Below are positions 1 through 10,767 of a stretch of 25,904 nucleotides of DNA, piece after piece (position 1 is the stretch's first letter; every line of letters starts with the position of its first letter). Location: positions 1 to 25,904 of the forward strand of contig JAQUMQ010000001.1 of assembly GCA_028718045.1 (NCBI GenBank), given 5' to 3'. A model generated the notes under the pieces. The model saw only the letters and a list, made by a program, of their open reading frames with translations, was not told the origin of the DNA and searched no databases. Made by a program: the position numbers and the translations under genes. The stretch comes from Actinomycetota bacterium (lineage in GTDB: Bacteria > Actinomycetota > Humimicrobiia > Humimicrobiales > Humimicrobiaceae).

Positions 1-1
1 C

Positions 2-139
2 AAAGTGTTATTTATTTCGACCGTAAATCCCATATGGGCAAGCGAACTGAGTCTGATGTCTCAGGATATAATAAATAAGATAAACAGTTATTTAAATGAG
101 GACATTGTTTGCAAATTAAGGGTCAGGCCCGATCTTTAA
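2..139 (+). CDS. 3' end of a DciA/DUF721-family protein (partial, runs off left edge; not in ORF track)
   Basis: My translation: KVLFISTVNPIWASELSLMSQDIINKINSYLNEDIVCKLRVRPDL*. It matches the DUF721 pattern (L.v.v.s..WA.EL....~i..kin..l...v..i). Its position just before gyrB fits dnaA-dnaN-recF-DUF721-gyrB. Confidence 0.75.
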   Translation, partial: KVLFISTVNPIWASELSLMSQDIINKINSYLNEDIVCKLRVRPDL

Positions 140-244
140 GCTGATTGAATTATAAAATGATCGTAATCTTTAAAATCAACGAAATCAACAAACTATGAGT
201 GCCGTTTATTGTTTATAAATTTTGTCAATATATTCCAAAAGTAA

Positions 245-273
245 GTGAAATTAATCTTAAAGTCTGGTATAAT
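245..273 (+). promoter_or_regulatory. Putative sigma70-type promoter for gyrB
   Basis: GTGAAA (245-250), 17-nt spacer, TATAAT (268-273) preceded by TG at 265-266 (extended -10). Confidence 0.55.
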
Positions 274-358
274 ACACTCAATAATTAACGTACGATTAAA
301 TAATTTAAGCTTGAATAAATTTTATTAATTTTGTTTGGGTAATAAGTTTAATAATTGA

Positions 359-2320
<1,962 letters not shown>

Positions 2321-2325
2321 TTTAT

Positions 2326-2355
2326 AAATTCCGGCATAATCATTTCCGGATTTTT
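2326..2355 (+). terminator. Weak hairpin or possible terminator between gyrB and gyrA
   Basis: AAATTCCGG ... CCGGATTTT (8 of 9 pairs, 11-nt loop) ending in a T run. Confidence 0.3.
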
Positions 2356-2454
2356 AAGATATATGCACGATATATTTTTTACGATTTTTTACGAATGTAA
2401 ATTTTTTAAACAGTAAATAAATTTTATACAAAATTTTTAATTATAAGGAAATGA

Positions 2455-4887
2455 ATGGTTTTTGAAATAAGAGGAAAAATTAAAAATGTCGGCATAGAGT
2501 CCGAAATGCAGGACAGCTATTTAAGCTATGCCATGAGTGTTATTGTAGGTCGCGCACTTCCAGACGTAAGAGATGGGCTCAAACCTGTTCACCGAAGAAT
2601 CTTGTATGCTATGAATGATATGGGGATGAGGCACAATACTCCTTTCAAAAAAAGTGCCCGTATCGTTGGCGAGGTTTTGGGAAAGTATCATCCTCACGGA
2701 GATACCGCAGTTTATGATTCCATGGTTAGGATGGCTCAGGATTTTTCAATCAGATATCTTTTAGTTGATGGTCATGGAAATTTCGGTTCGATAGACGGTG
2801 ACAGTCCTGCAGCCATGAGGTATACGGAAGCAAGGCTTTCTGAGTTTGCCGAAGAATTGCTTACCGATATGGATAAGGAAACCGTTGATTTTATCGATAA
2901 CTTCGACAGCTCATTAAAGGAACCGGTAATTCTTCCCGCAAAAATTCCGAATCTGCTCGTAAACGGTTCTTCAGGTATTGCGGTTGGAATGGCAACGAAT
3001 GTCCCGCCGCATAACTTGGGAGAGGTAATCGATGGAGTCATAGCTTATATAGACAATAAAGATATATCGATATCGGACCTGCTTAAAAAAGTCAAGGGAC
3101 CGGATTTTCCTACTGGCGGCAAAATTATGGGTATGAAAGGTATAGTAAATGCTTATAATACGGGAAGGGGTATACTTACCGTCAGAGGCAGCGTTCACAT
3201 TGAACAAACCAAAAAGCAAAGACAGCAGATAATAATAAGCGAAATACCTTATCAAGTTAATAAAACGACACTCATAGAAAAAATAGTAGAAAATGTTAAG
3301 GAAAAAAGGATCGAAGGTATCAGTGACTTAAGAGACGAATCCGATAAAAGCGGAATGAGGATAGTCATAGAAGTCAAAAGAGAAGCCGACCCCAATATAG
3401 TAATTAATCAGCTTTATAAACATTCACAGCTTGAATCAACTTTTGGGGTAATCATGCTTGCCTTGGTTAATGGTATTCCAAGGACCTTGAATTTGAAAGA
3501 AATGATTTGTGAATTCGTAAAGCATAGATATGATGTCGTCGTAAAAAGGACAAAATATGAGTTGAGGAAAGCCGAAGAAAGAGCTCACATACTGGAAGGC
3601 TTGCTTATCGCTCTTGATAATCTTGATGCCGTAATAAAACTCATTAGGTCTTCAAAAGATGTTCCTACCGCGAAAGAAGGTCTTGTGTCCAAGTTCAATC
3701 TGACTGAAATCCAGGCACAAGCGATACTCGAAATGAGGCTGCAAAGGCTTACTGCTCTGGAACGCGACAAGATAAAACTTGAGCACAAAGAGCTTACGGA
3801 GAAGATAAAGTATCTTAAGGAACTACTTGAAAACGATGATTTGCTTTACGGTGTTATAAAAGATGAACTAAAGGAAATAAAGAAGAAATATGCGGACGAG
3901 AGAAGATCAGAAATAACGGCTGAAGTATCTGATCTTGAAATAGAAGATCTTATTGCAGAGGAAGAAAACGTAATTTCTATCACACATAGTGGTTATATAA
4001 AAAGGCTGCCTGTCACGACATACAGGAAACAAAACAGAGGAGGCCGCGGAGTAACGGGTATGAATCTTAAGGAAGAAGACTTCGTCGAGCATTTATTCAT
4101 ATCTTCAACCCATAATTATATAATGTTCTTCTCGAATTTTGGCAAGGTATACAGGCTTAAGGTATTTGAAATACCCGAAGGAAGCAAAGCTTCGAAGGGT
4201 AAGGCAATCGTGAATATACTGCCTTTTAAACAAAATGAAAAGGTAATGGCTGTAATTGCGGTTAAAGAATATGGCGAAGATGATTATTTGATAATGGCAA
4301 CAAAGAAAGGTTACGTCAAAAAGACTTCGATAAAAGAATATGATACTTCAAGAAAAGAAGGAATTGCGGCAATTACCTTAAAGGAAAAAGACGAGCTTAT
4401 CGAAGTTAAAAAAACAAGCGGAAAAGACGATGTTATGCTTATTACCAAAAATGGGCAATGCATTAGATTTAGCGAAACCGATTGCAGACATATGGGCAGG
4501 ACCGCTCAAGGCGTTATAGGAATGAGGCTCAAAAAGGGCGATGAAGTTTTGGCAATGGCTGTAGTCAGAGATATTAACAGTGACTTGTTTGTCCTAACCG
4601 ATAACGGATATGGCAAAAGAACTCCCGTTTCCGATTTTACGAGATTTCATAGAGGTGGCAAGGGTGTAAGAGCCATAATAATTACAGAGAAAAAAGGCAA
4701 GATATCCGGTGCGGGCATTTTAAGAGAGGATTATGATGTAATGATAATGTCGATAAACGGCATTCTCATACGGATCAATGCAAGCAACATATCAAAATAC
4801 GGAAGAGCAAGTCAGGGAGTGAAATTAATGAATCTTGAAGAAGGTGATAAAGTTGCTTCGGCTGCATTTGTGGCTCCGGAAGACTAG
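2455..4887 (+). CDS. gyrA: DNA gyrase subunit A
   Basis: Motifs [19 protein letters not shown] and catalytic AAMRYTE. The GyrA-box QNRGGRG distinguishes it from ParC. C-terminal beta-pinwheel repeats present. Confidence 0.98.
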   Translation: MVFEIRGKIKNVGIESEMQDSYLSYAMSVIVGRALPDVRDGLKPVHRRILYAMNDMGMRHNTPFKKSARIVGEVLGKYHPHGDTAVYDSMVRMAQDFSIRYLLVDGHGNFGSIDGDSPAAMRYTEARLSEFAEELLTDMDKETVDFIDNFDSSLKEPVILPAKIPNLLVNGSSGIAVGMATNVPPHNLGEVIDGVIAYIDNKDISISDLLKKVKGPDFPTGGKIMGMKGIVNAYNTGRGILTVRGSVHIEQTKKQRQQIIISEIPYQVNKTTLIEKIVENVKEKRIEGISDLRDESDKSGMRIVIEVKREADPNIVINQLYKHSQLESTFGVIMLALVNGIPRTLNLKEMICEFVKHRYDVVVKRTKYELRKAEERAHILEGLLIALDNLDAVIKLIRSSKDVPTAKEGLVSKFNLTEIQAQAILEMRLQRLTALERDKIKLEHKELTEKIKYLKELLENDDLLYGVIKDELKEIKKKYADERRSEITAEVSDLEIEDLIAEEENVISITHSGYIKRLPVTTYRKQNRGGRGVTGMNLKEEDFVEHLFISSTHNYIMFFSNFGKVYRLKVFEIPEGSKASKGKAIVNILPFKQNEKVMAVIAVKEYGEDDYLIMATKKGYVKKTSIKEYDTSRKEGIAAITLKEKDELIEVKKTSGKDDVMLITKNGQCIRFSETDCRHMGRTAQGVIGMRLKKGDEVLAMAVVRDINSDLFVLTDNGYGKRTPVSDFTRFHRGGKGVRAIIITEKKGKISGAGILREDYDVMIMSINGILIRINASNISKYGRASQGVKLMNLEEGDKVASAAFVAPED

Positions 4888-5146
4888 GGCTATGTGGTTT
4901 TCGGCTGCATTTTGATTTTAATATAAAACAAACTTTAATGGTATTTAGCAATATTTTTAATTCTTTTTTATTTTATTGTTTTAATTGTTGGATATAAATA
5001 ATATAATATTTTTAATAAAAAACCGTGTAAGAGATATTTAAGGAAAAATACAGGTTTATTTCTCATCTTTTTATTATAATTTTATTGGTTTTGAAAATAA
5101 GAATTATTTAACAAGTTTATTAATTGGCGACAGGAGGAACAGGGAA

Positions 5147-5536
5147 ATGGCAGAACAAAAACAAACAGTGGTAGATGCGGAATTTAACGCAAAAAGTTCT
5201 ACAGGAATGGAACCAAAAATAGCGTGTCTTTTAGCTTATTTATTTGGCTGGCTTGGCGGACTTATCATTTTTTTGATTGAAAAGGAAAACAAGTTTGTAA
5301 AGTTCCATGCACTTCAAGCCTTGATACTTGGTATAATAGAAATAATATGCTTTATCGGCATTTCTGTATTGTTGGGAATGATTCCTTATGTCGGATGGTT
5401 CTTATTTTCATGGCTAGGTTGGGTTCTTGGTGCAGTGTGCTACATATTTGCGATTATAGCAATTATTAAGAGCTTCAATGGTGAAAGATACTACATTCCA
5501 TTTCTGAGAAGTTTGGTTAATAAATACAATAAATAA
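5147..5536 (+). CDS. DUF4870-family small membrane protein
   Basis: Pattern ACLLAYLFGWLGGLIIFLIEKENKFVKFHALQA, three hydrophobic segments, C-terminal YYIPF; AGGAGG SD upstream. Confidence 0.75.
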   Translation: MAEQKQTVVDAEFNAKSSTGMEPKIACLLAYLFGWLGGLIIFLIEKENKFVKFHALQALILGIIEIICFIGISVLLGMIPYVGWFLFSWLGWVLGAVCYIFAIIAIIKSFNGERYYIPFLRSLVNKYNK

Positions 5537-5548
5537 TCGATTTTTCAC

Positions 5549-5609
5549 AATAAACTTACTGAAGCATATTTTTTTATTTAAGTTTAGCTCTTCGGTAAGT
5601 TTATTTTTT
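5549..5609 (+). terminator. Hairpin or likely terminator after the DUF4870 gene
   Basis: AATAAACTTACTGAAG (5549-5564) pairs with CTTCGGTAAGTTTATT (5590-5605): 16 bp with one G-U, followed by a T run. Confidence 0.55.
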
Positions 5610-5664
5610 ATTATAAAAATTACCTTAAATTTTAAATCAAAAAATAATTTAAGGAGGGTGATGC

Positions 5665-6114
5665 ATGGATAAAACAGTAGTTCAAAGAAGAATAATAAAG
5701 AGCATAAGCGAGTGGTCTGTCTTTAAAATTGCCATTGTGGCTTACTTGATCGTTTTTATACTTTCTGTAATAATTTTTGGGATTATTGCTGTTATTACAT
5801 GGGCGGGATTTAAAGCTTCCGGAATCAATTTAAATAATCTGTTTGCCAATACGAATTTTGGATCCATGCTTTCGGGATTTGGAATAAAGTTGCCTAATTT
5901 GAATATTGTTTTTGGGACGGGCGGTATTGTAGGGATAGTATTATTTATAGTATTCGGACTGCTTTTTTCGGTGGTTTATGCTGCGATAGCTGTTTTTTGG
6001 ACATGGATATTTAATGTGATTATAAAAATAAGCGGTGGTCTTGAAATAAGATATACTGAAAGAATAACCAAGGTCGAAAATAAAATCCTCGAAAATACCC
6101 CGACAAATAATTAA
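5665..6114 (+). CDS. DUF3566-like membrane protein
   Basis: N-terminal ISEWSVFKI and C-terminal IFNVIIKISGGLEI resemble DUF3566. It sits between gyrA and tRNA-Ile, as in Actinomycetota; AAGGAGG SD upstream. Confidence 0.65.
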   Translation: MDKTVVQRRIIKSISEWSVFKIAIVAYLIVFILSVIIFGIIAVITWAGFKASGINLNNLFANTNFGSMLSGFGIKLPNLNIVFGTGGIVGIVLFIVFGLLFSVVYAAIAVFWTWIFNVIIKISGGLEIRYTERITKVENKILENTPTNN

Positions 6115-6251
6115 TTAAGCATAAATATAGTATCTGATTATTGCCCTTAAAATTCACAAATATATTTTGCTGCCAGTGTTGTATTGTCTGACGGTGTAGC
6201 ATTTATGCTTCAAGCATTCTTTTATAAGGTGATTCCTAAGGTAATTAGTCA

Positions 6252-6280
6252 TTGACAAAAGTGCAGCAAATTGATATTTT
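6252..6280 (+). promoter_or_regulatory. Putative sigma70 promoter for the tRNA pair
   Basis: TTGACA (6252-6257), 17-nt spacer, TATTTT (6275-6280) with TG at 6272-6273. Confidence 0.6.
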
Positions 6281-6303
6281 ATCGCTTGCATGTTTTTTCT
6301 TTA

Positions 6304-6380
6304 GGGCGTATAGCTCAGTTGGTTAGAGCGCGTCCCTGATAAGGACGAGGTCTCTGGTTCGAGTCCAGATACGCCCACCA
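6304..6380 (+). tRNA. tRNA-Ile (GAT)
   Basis: 77-nt cloverleaf: acceptor GGGCGTA/TACGCCC, anticodon stem CGTCC/GGACG with loop CTGATAA, T-arm GGTTCGAGTCC, encoded CCA. Confidence 0.98.
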
Positions 6381-6451
6381 ATTGACATTTGATTTTTTTT
6401 TATTTTTTATATATCCTTATCATTTGTCATAGATGGCGTAACCTGATATGT

Positions 6452-6527
6452 GGGGGTGTAGCTCAGCTGGGAGAGCACCTGCCTTGCAAGCAGGGGGTCA
6501 GCGGTTCGATCCCGCTCATCTCCACCA
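6452..6527 (+). tRNA. tRNA-Ala (TGC)
   Basis: 76-nt cloverleaf: acceptor GGGGGTG/CATCTCC with the G3:U70 alanine identity pair, anticodon stem CCTGC/GCAGG with loop CTTGCAA, encoded CCA. Confidence 0.98.
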
Positions 6528-6550
6528 TTTAAGAATTTTAAAGAACTTCC

Positions 6551-6641
6551 GGTTCCTCGCCAAAAACAGGTTCTTCGCGGTTCTTCGCCAATTAACGGGG
6601 GCATTAGTTCTAATGGAACTCCACCAAAAACGGGGGCATTA
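6551..6641. repeat. Cluster of short direct repeats downstream of tRNA-Ala
   Basis: GGTTC(C/T)TCGC at 6551, 6569 and 6579; AACGGGGGCATTA at 6594 and 6629; palindrome CATTAG-TT-CTAATG at 6602-6615. Confidence 0.7.
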
Positions 6642-6996
6642 ATCCTAACAGCACAGAGCTCTAACTCTTAACCTGTAGTTTTCAAAGTTCCGGAATTTTT
6701 CTAAATAACGGGACATTTCGCTCTGACAATAGGTTCCAAGTTCCGTCACCAAGTTTTTTACGACAATAATGTCAACTGATTTTATGATATTTAATAATAT
6801 GATTATTGGTTTTTGGATAATTATTTTTACTTCTTATTGCTGAAAATAATCATTGATTTTATTCGTTTTGTAACCAGTTGATTCTTTTTAAAATTTAAAA
6901 AATTAATAAAATTTTTGGTAAAATAATTATTCAGGATTAAAAAAATTTTATACAACGATACTTTTAAAAAAGAAAAGGTTGCTTAAGGAGAAAATT

Positions 6997-7923
6997 ATGG
7001 AATATAAAGATAAATTCAAATATGGCGGATGGGAAAACTGCATAAGGCTTAGCAACGGTAAAATTGAATTGGTTGCCACAACCGATGTAGGTCCCAGAAT
7101 AATAAGATTGGGAAAAGTTAACGGCAAGAACCTTTTTAAAGAATTTAAAAATCAGCTTGGTTCAAACGGCGGTGGCGAATGGAAATCATATGGCGGAATA
7201 AGGTTATGGCACGCACCCGAATCATCTCCAAGGACTTACTGCCCTGATAATTTTCCTGTTGGATATTTTTGGGACGGCAAAACATTGAAATTAAGCCAAA
7301 AAACAGAAAAGACAACCGGCATTAAAAAAGAAATGGAAGTCAGCATGGATGAAAATAATAATTATGTTAAGATAGTTTACAGGCTTATTAATAAAAATTT
7401 ATGGGATATCGAAATTTCACCATGGGCGATTACAGTAATGGCTGAGAATTCCTTGGCGATTGTCCCTCAAGAGCCGTATCGATGCGGAAGGGAAAATCTT
7501 TTACCTGTCAGACCTTTATCGTTATGGGGTTATACAAAAATGCAGGATTCAAGGTGGACATGGGGTGACCGATACATTATTCTTAAGCAGGATCCCAAAT
7601 CAAGATCAAACCAGAAAATAGGCGTTTTAAATTCTGCCGGATGGATGGCAGGATATAACGAGGGGGAAGTATTGATAAAAAGATATGACTTTAATTCCGA
7701 ATTTTATTACCCTGATTTCAATTGCAACACCGAGGTATATACTGACCAGGATATTCTGGAACTTGAAACATTAGGACCCCTTACCATACTGGAACCGGAA
7801 ACCGAAATAGAGCATATAGAGCATTTATTTTATTTTAAAGCATTTATCGAAAATACAGAAAAATCCATAGATGATAATTTGATTCCGCTTATAAAAGAAA
7901 CTGACAAATTTATAAACTTTTAA
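6997..7923 (+). CDS. Conserved hypothetical protein, DUF4380-like (possibly galactose-mutarotase-like beta-sandwich)
   Basis: Motifs GWENCIRLSNG, DVGPRII, GG.RLWHAPE, RTY.PDN, ELETLGPL. ATG 6997 follows AAGGAG (track start TTG 6979). Fold call is from memory of the family. Confidence 0.6.
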   Translation: MEYKDKFKYGGWENCIRLSNGKIELVATTDVGPRIIRLGKVNGKNLFKEFKNQLGSNGGGEWKSYGGIRLWHAPESSPRTYCPDNFPVGYFWDGKTLKLSQKTEKTTGIKKEMEVSMDENNNYVKIVYRLINKNLWDIEISPWAITVMAENSLAIVPQEPYRCGRENLLPVRPLSLWGYTKMQDSRWTWGDRYIILKQDPKSRSNQKIGVLNSAGWMAGYNEGEVLIKRYDFNSEFYYPDFNCNTEVYTDQDILELETLGPLTILEPETEIEHIEHLFYFKAFIENTEKSIDDNLIPLIKETDKFINF

Positions 7924-7985
7924 AAGAGTATCTGTGCAAATCAAAGCAAATCCAGGTTGTAATTAATTAATCCGGAGATATCTGC

Positions 7986-9044
7986 ATGATATCAAAAAAA
8001 ATAACGACAGGTGAGACGATGCCAAAAGAAGTGGCACAAAAAGAAATGACGCCAAAAGAAATAATATTAAATATCCTCAACAAGAAAAAAGTTCCCAGAT
8101 GCGGTGTGGCAAATCCCGTATCTTCGATAACCGTCGAGCAGATGAAAATAATGAATTCCTTTTTTCCCGAAGCTCATTATGATGCCGGGAAAATGTATGA
8201 ACTTTCAAGAGCCAATTATGAAATACTTGGCTTTGATGCGATAATGCCTGTTTTCAGCGTCGTAATCGAATCTCATGCTCTCGGCTGCACAATAGATTGG
8301 GGCAGGCCCGATATGATGCCTCAAATTTTAGGAAAGCTATGGAAGAATTATGATGATATCAAAATCAATAAAGATTTTTTATCAAACAATGCCGCTAAAG
8401 CTGTCCTTGAATGCATATCTTTGCTTAAAAACAATTATCCGGATGTTGCCATAATAGGAAAGGTTTTTGGACCATGGACACTTGGTTATGATCTTTTCGG
8501 CGTAGAGGATTTTCTTATAAAAACCATAACAAATCCAAATGAAGTGAAAAGCATTTTAAATAAGCTTAGCAAGGTAACTGTCAGGTTTGCCAATGCTCAA
8601 ATCGAAGCAGGAGCAGATGTAATTACCGTTGCCGACCATGCAACAAAAGATCTATGCAGCCCTCTTGCATATAGGGATTTTTTGATTCCCATCCATTCAA
8701 TGCTGGTTAAAAAAATAAAAGCTCCGATCATTCTTCATATATGTGGCGATATCGTAGACCGGATAGAATATATATGCCAGACAAATGTTTCTTCATTTCA
8801 TTTTGAATCAAAAGTCGATGCATGCCAGGCGGTTAAGATAAGCAACGGCAGGATCAAACTTATAGGCAATATCAATAACTCGTCGACTCTTCTTTTTAAA
8901 ACCCCCAAAGATGTTAAAAAAGAAGTGGAATATGCAATAAAATGCGGAGTTGACATTATTGGTCCCGAATGCGCGGTACCTTTAACCACACCTCTGGAAA
9001 ATTTAAAAGAAATCACATATGTCACAAAAAATCATAAACATTGA
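7986..9044 (+). CDS. MtaA/CmuA-family methyltransferase (uroporphyrinogen decarboxylase superfamily, MT2 type)
   Basis: Motifs GKVFGPWTL, AQIEAGAD, ILHICG (His/Cys at 8736/8742), GNIN and IIGPECAVP (Cys at 8970). GGAG SD 8 nt upstream; alternative starts at 8019 and 8046. Confidence 0.85.
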   Translation: MISKKITTGETMPKEVAQKEMTPKEIILNILNKKKVPRCGVANPVSSITVEQMKIMNSFFPEAHYDAGKMYELSRANYEILGFDAIMPVFSVVIESHALGCTIDWGRPDMMPQILGKLWKNYDDIKINKDFLSNNAAKAVLECISLLKNNYPDVAIIGKVFGPWTLGYDLFGVEDFLIKTITNPNEVKSILNKLSKVTVRFANAQIEAGADVITVADHATKDLCSPLAYRDFLIPIHSMLVKKIKAPIILHICGDIVDRIEYICQTNVSSFHFESKVDACQAVKISNGRIKLIGNINNSSTLLFKTPKDVKKEVEYAIKCGVDIIGPECAVPLTTPLENLKEITYVTKNHKH

Positions 9045-9255
9045 CCCGTAAAGCGCATTTTTAAGTTCTGTCGCAAGATATATTCCCCATTTTAAGCCAT
9101 GGTCGGTATTTTATCTCATATGTAGCTATTTTATTATACTATTAATCAGTAAATAGTATTACTTTTTAAAAATCATAGATTTTATAAGTTTGATATTATA
9201 TAATCAAACAAAATTTTATGTGAATTATTGGAGAATTTACTTATTAAAATAGTCA

Positions 9256-10119
9256 GTGGAAAAATTAGTTTTTTTTAATACAAAAGGCGGAACCGGCAAA
9301 ACAACTTTTTGCTTTAACTATGGTTGTTATCTCGCAACTGTAAAAAAGAAAAAAGTTCTAATGATGGATTTTGATCCTCAGGCAAATCTGGCTTTTTCTT
9401 TTGGAAAAGTTCCGGCAAAGGGAACATCGTGCTGCCTCGATAACCTTATTTTAAACTACCTTAAGGGAGAAAAGAAAAATTTTGATGATTACCTGGTTTC
9501 TATTAAAGACGGCCTCTTTTTGCTGCCGTGTTCAAACAATATCTCCCTTATAGAGGAATACCTTACAAATCATATAATAAACAAAGAACAGACCAAAACG
9601 GATAGCGGCGAAACAATTAAAAATCCTGCCATAGAGAGAAATAATATTTTATTAAACATTTTAGCCGAATCAATCAAATCCGATGATTTCGACTACATTT
9701 TAATTGACAGCCAACCAAATTTTTCGCTACTTTCGACAACGGGTATTGTTTTTACCGGAAATATCATAGTGGTTATGAAAGCCGAACCTTACTCAATGAT
9801 TGATATTGAATATCTAAAAAAGATAATAAATAATCTTAACAAGAAATTTTCGGCGGATATAAAGATCACGGGAGTTATTATAAATGCTTATGAAGGAAGA
9901 AAAAAAGTTGCAGTTTCGACGGTAAAAGAAATAGAGGATAAATATAGCAATAAAATAAAGATATTTAATCAAAAAATCAAATATCTTTCTCAATACCAAA
10001 ATTCCATTGCTTTAAATAAAGAGGCTGTTTTTGATGTATATCCTAAATCGGAAGCTTCTAAAAACATATTAAGTCTTTTTAGCGAGATCGACAGTGAGAT
10101 AATTTTTAGCAGCCAGTGA
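9256..10119 (+). CDS. ParA/Soj-family ATPase (orphan, no N-terminal HTH)
   Basis: Deviant Walker A KGGTGKTT, DFDPQAN, Walker B YILIDSQP. GTG start; TATAAT at 9199-9204 upstream. Confidence 0.9.
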   Translation: MEKLVFFNTKGGTGKTTFCFNYGCYLATVKKKKVLMMDFDPQANLAFSFGKVPAKGTSCCLDNLILNYLKGEKKNFDDYLVSIKDGLFLLPCSNNISLIEEYLTNHIINKEQTKTDSGETIKNPAIERNNILLNILAESIKSDDFDYILIDSQPNFSLLSTTGIVFTGNIIVVMKAEPYSMIDIEYLKKIINNLNKKFSADIKITGVIINAYEGRKKVAVSTVKEIEDKYSNKIKIFNQKIKYLSQYQNSIALNKEAVFDVYPKSEASKNILSLFSEIDSEIIFSSQ

Positions 10120-10171
10120 TTTTTAATCGTTTGTTGTTTTTATATTATTAGTTTGTTTTTAAGGAGATGTC

Positions 10172-10567
10172 ATGACAAATTCCGATTTTTATTCTAACGG
10201 TGATTTGAAAGATAAACCGGCAGATCAGAAAAATGGCGCACAGAAAACTTTGCTTACTATCAAAGGCAGCAGCGCAAAGGTTGAAGGTAAGTTAAAAATT
10301 TCGAATTCGGTTGAAGTAGACTGCGAAGTCGTGGGTGAGCTTGATGTCGGCGGCGAATTGGTAATCCAAAGATCAGGCAACGTTACTGCCAATATCAAAA
10401 CGAATAATGTTGTCATAAAAGGTGAATATAAAGGAAATATGGAAGCTGCCGGCAATGTCCAAATTATGGAAACAGGCAAAACCAGCGGTAATATAAAAAC
10501 GGATTCGCTCATAATCGAAAAAGGCGGTATATTCTCAGGAAATGTAGAAAGAATAACGGAAAACTGA
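10172..10567 (+). CDS. Bactofilin (polymer-forming cytoskeletal protein)
   Basis: Beta-helix periodicity (VEGKLKIS..VEVDCEVVGEL..LVIQRSGNVTANI..VVIKGEYKGNM..GNIKTDSLIIEKGGIFSGNV); AAGGAG SD upstream. Confidence 0.9.
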   Translation: MTNSDFYSNGDLKDKPADQKNGAQKTLLTIKGSSAKVEGKLKISNSVEVDCEVVGELDVGGELVIQRSGNVTANIKTNNVVIKGEYKGNMEAAGNVQIMETGKTSGNIKTDSLIIEKGGIFSGNVERITEN

Positions 10568-10767
10568 AACATATAAATTCAATATCTTGCTTGGTATCCA
10601 TTTTAAAACATTTTCAAAACCTGCATTATGGTTTAATATTACATTCGAATAAAATGCTTTCGATTTTTAAAAAATACTTGATAGCATGCAAACACGAGAA
10701 ACGGGACAATAAAAAAATTGACAATAGGTATATTGCCGCATATATCATAAAAACTTTATATTAGATC

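Noticed and set aside
2689-2718. Quinolone-resistance variant in GyrA ([10 protein letters not shown])
   Set aside because: Thr at the Ser83-equivalent position is a natural wild-type state in several taxa, and the Asp87 equivalent is intact.
4885-4926. Amber (pyrrolysine) readthrough of the gyrA TAG, prompted by the MttB gene
   Set aside because: No pyl genes, the MttB homolog has no in-frame TAG, and readthrough would add only a short meaningless tail.
6304-6527. 16S-23S rRNA spacer (the Ile/Ala tRNA pair)
   Set aside because: The flanks are protein-coding or AT-rich with no rRNA sequence; the pair has its own promoter.
6551-6641. Possible mini-CRISPR array
   Set aside because: Repeats are only 10-13 bp with irregular spacing, and there are no cas genes.
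8019-8060. Short internal repeat at the MtaA N-terminus (PKE-VAQKE-MTPKE)
   Set aside because: A real micro-duplication, but it only affects start-site choice; no functional signal.
9045-10767. parS site or parB partner for the ParA-like gene
   Set aside because: I found no TGTTTCACGTGAAACA-like palindrome and no ParB-like ORF.
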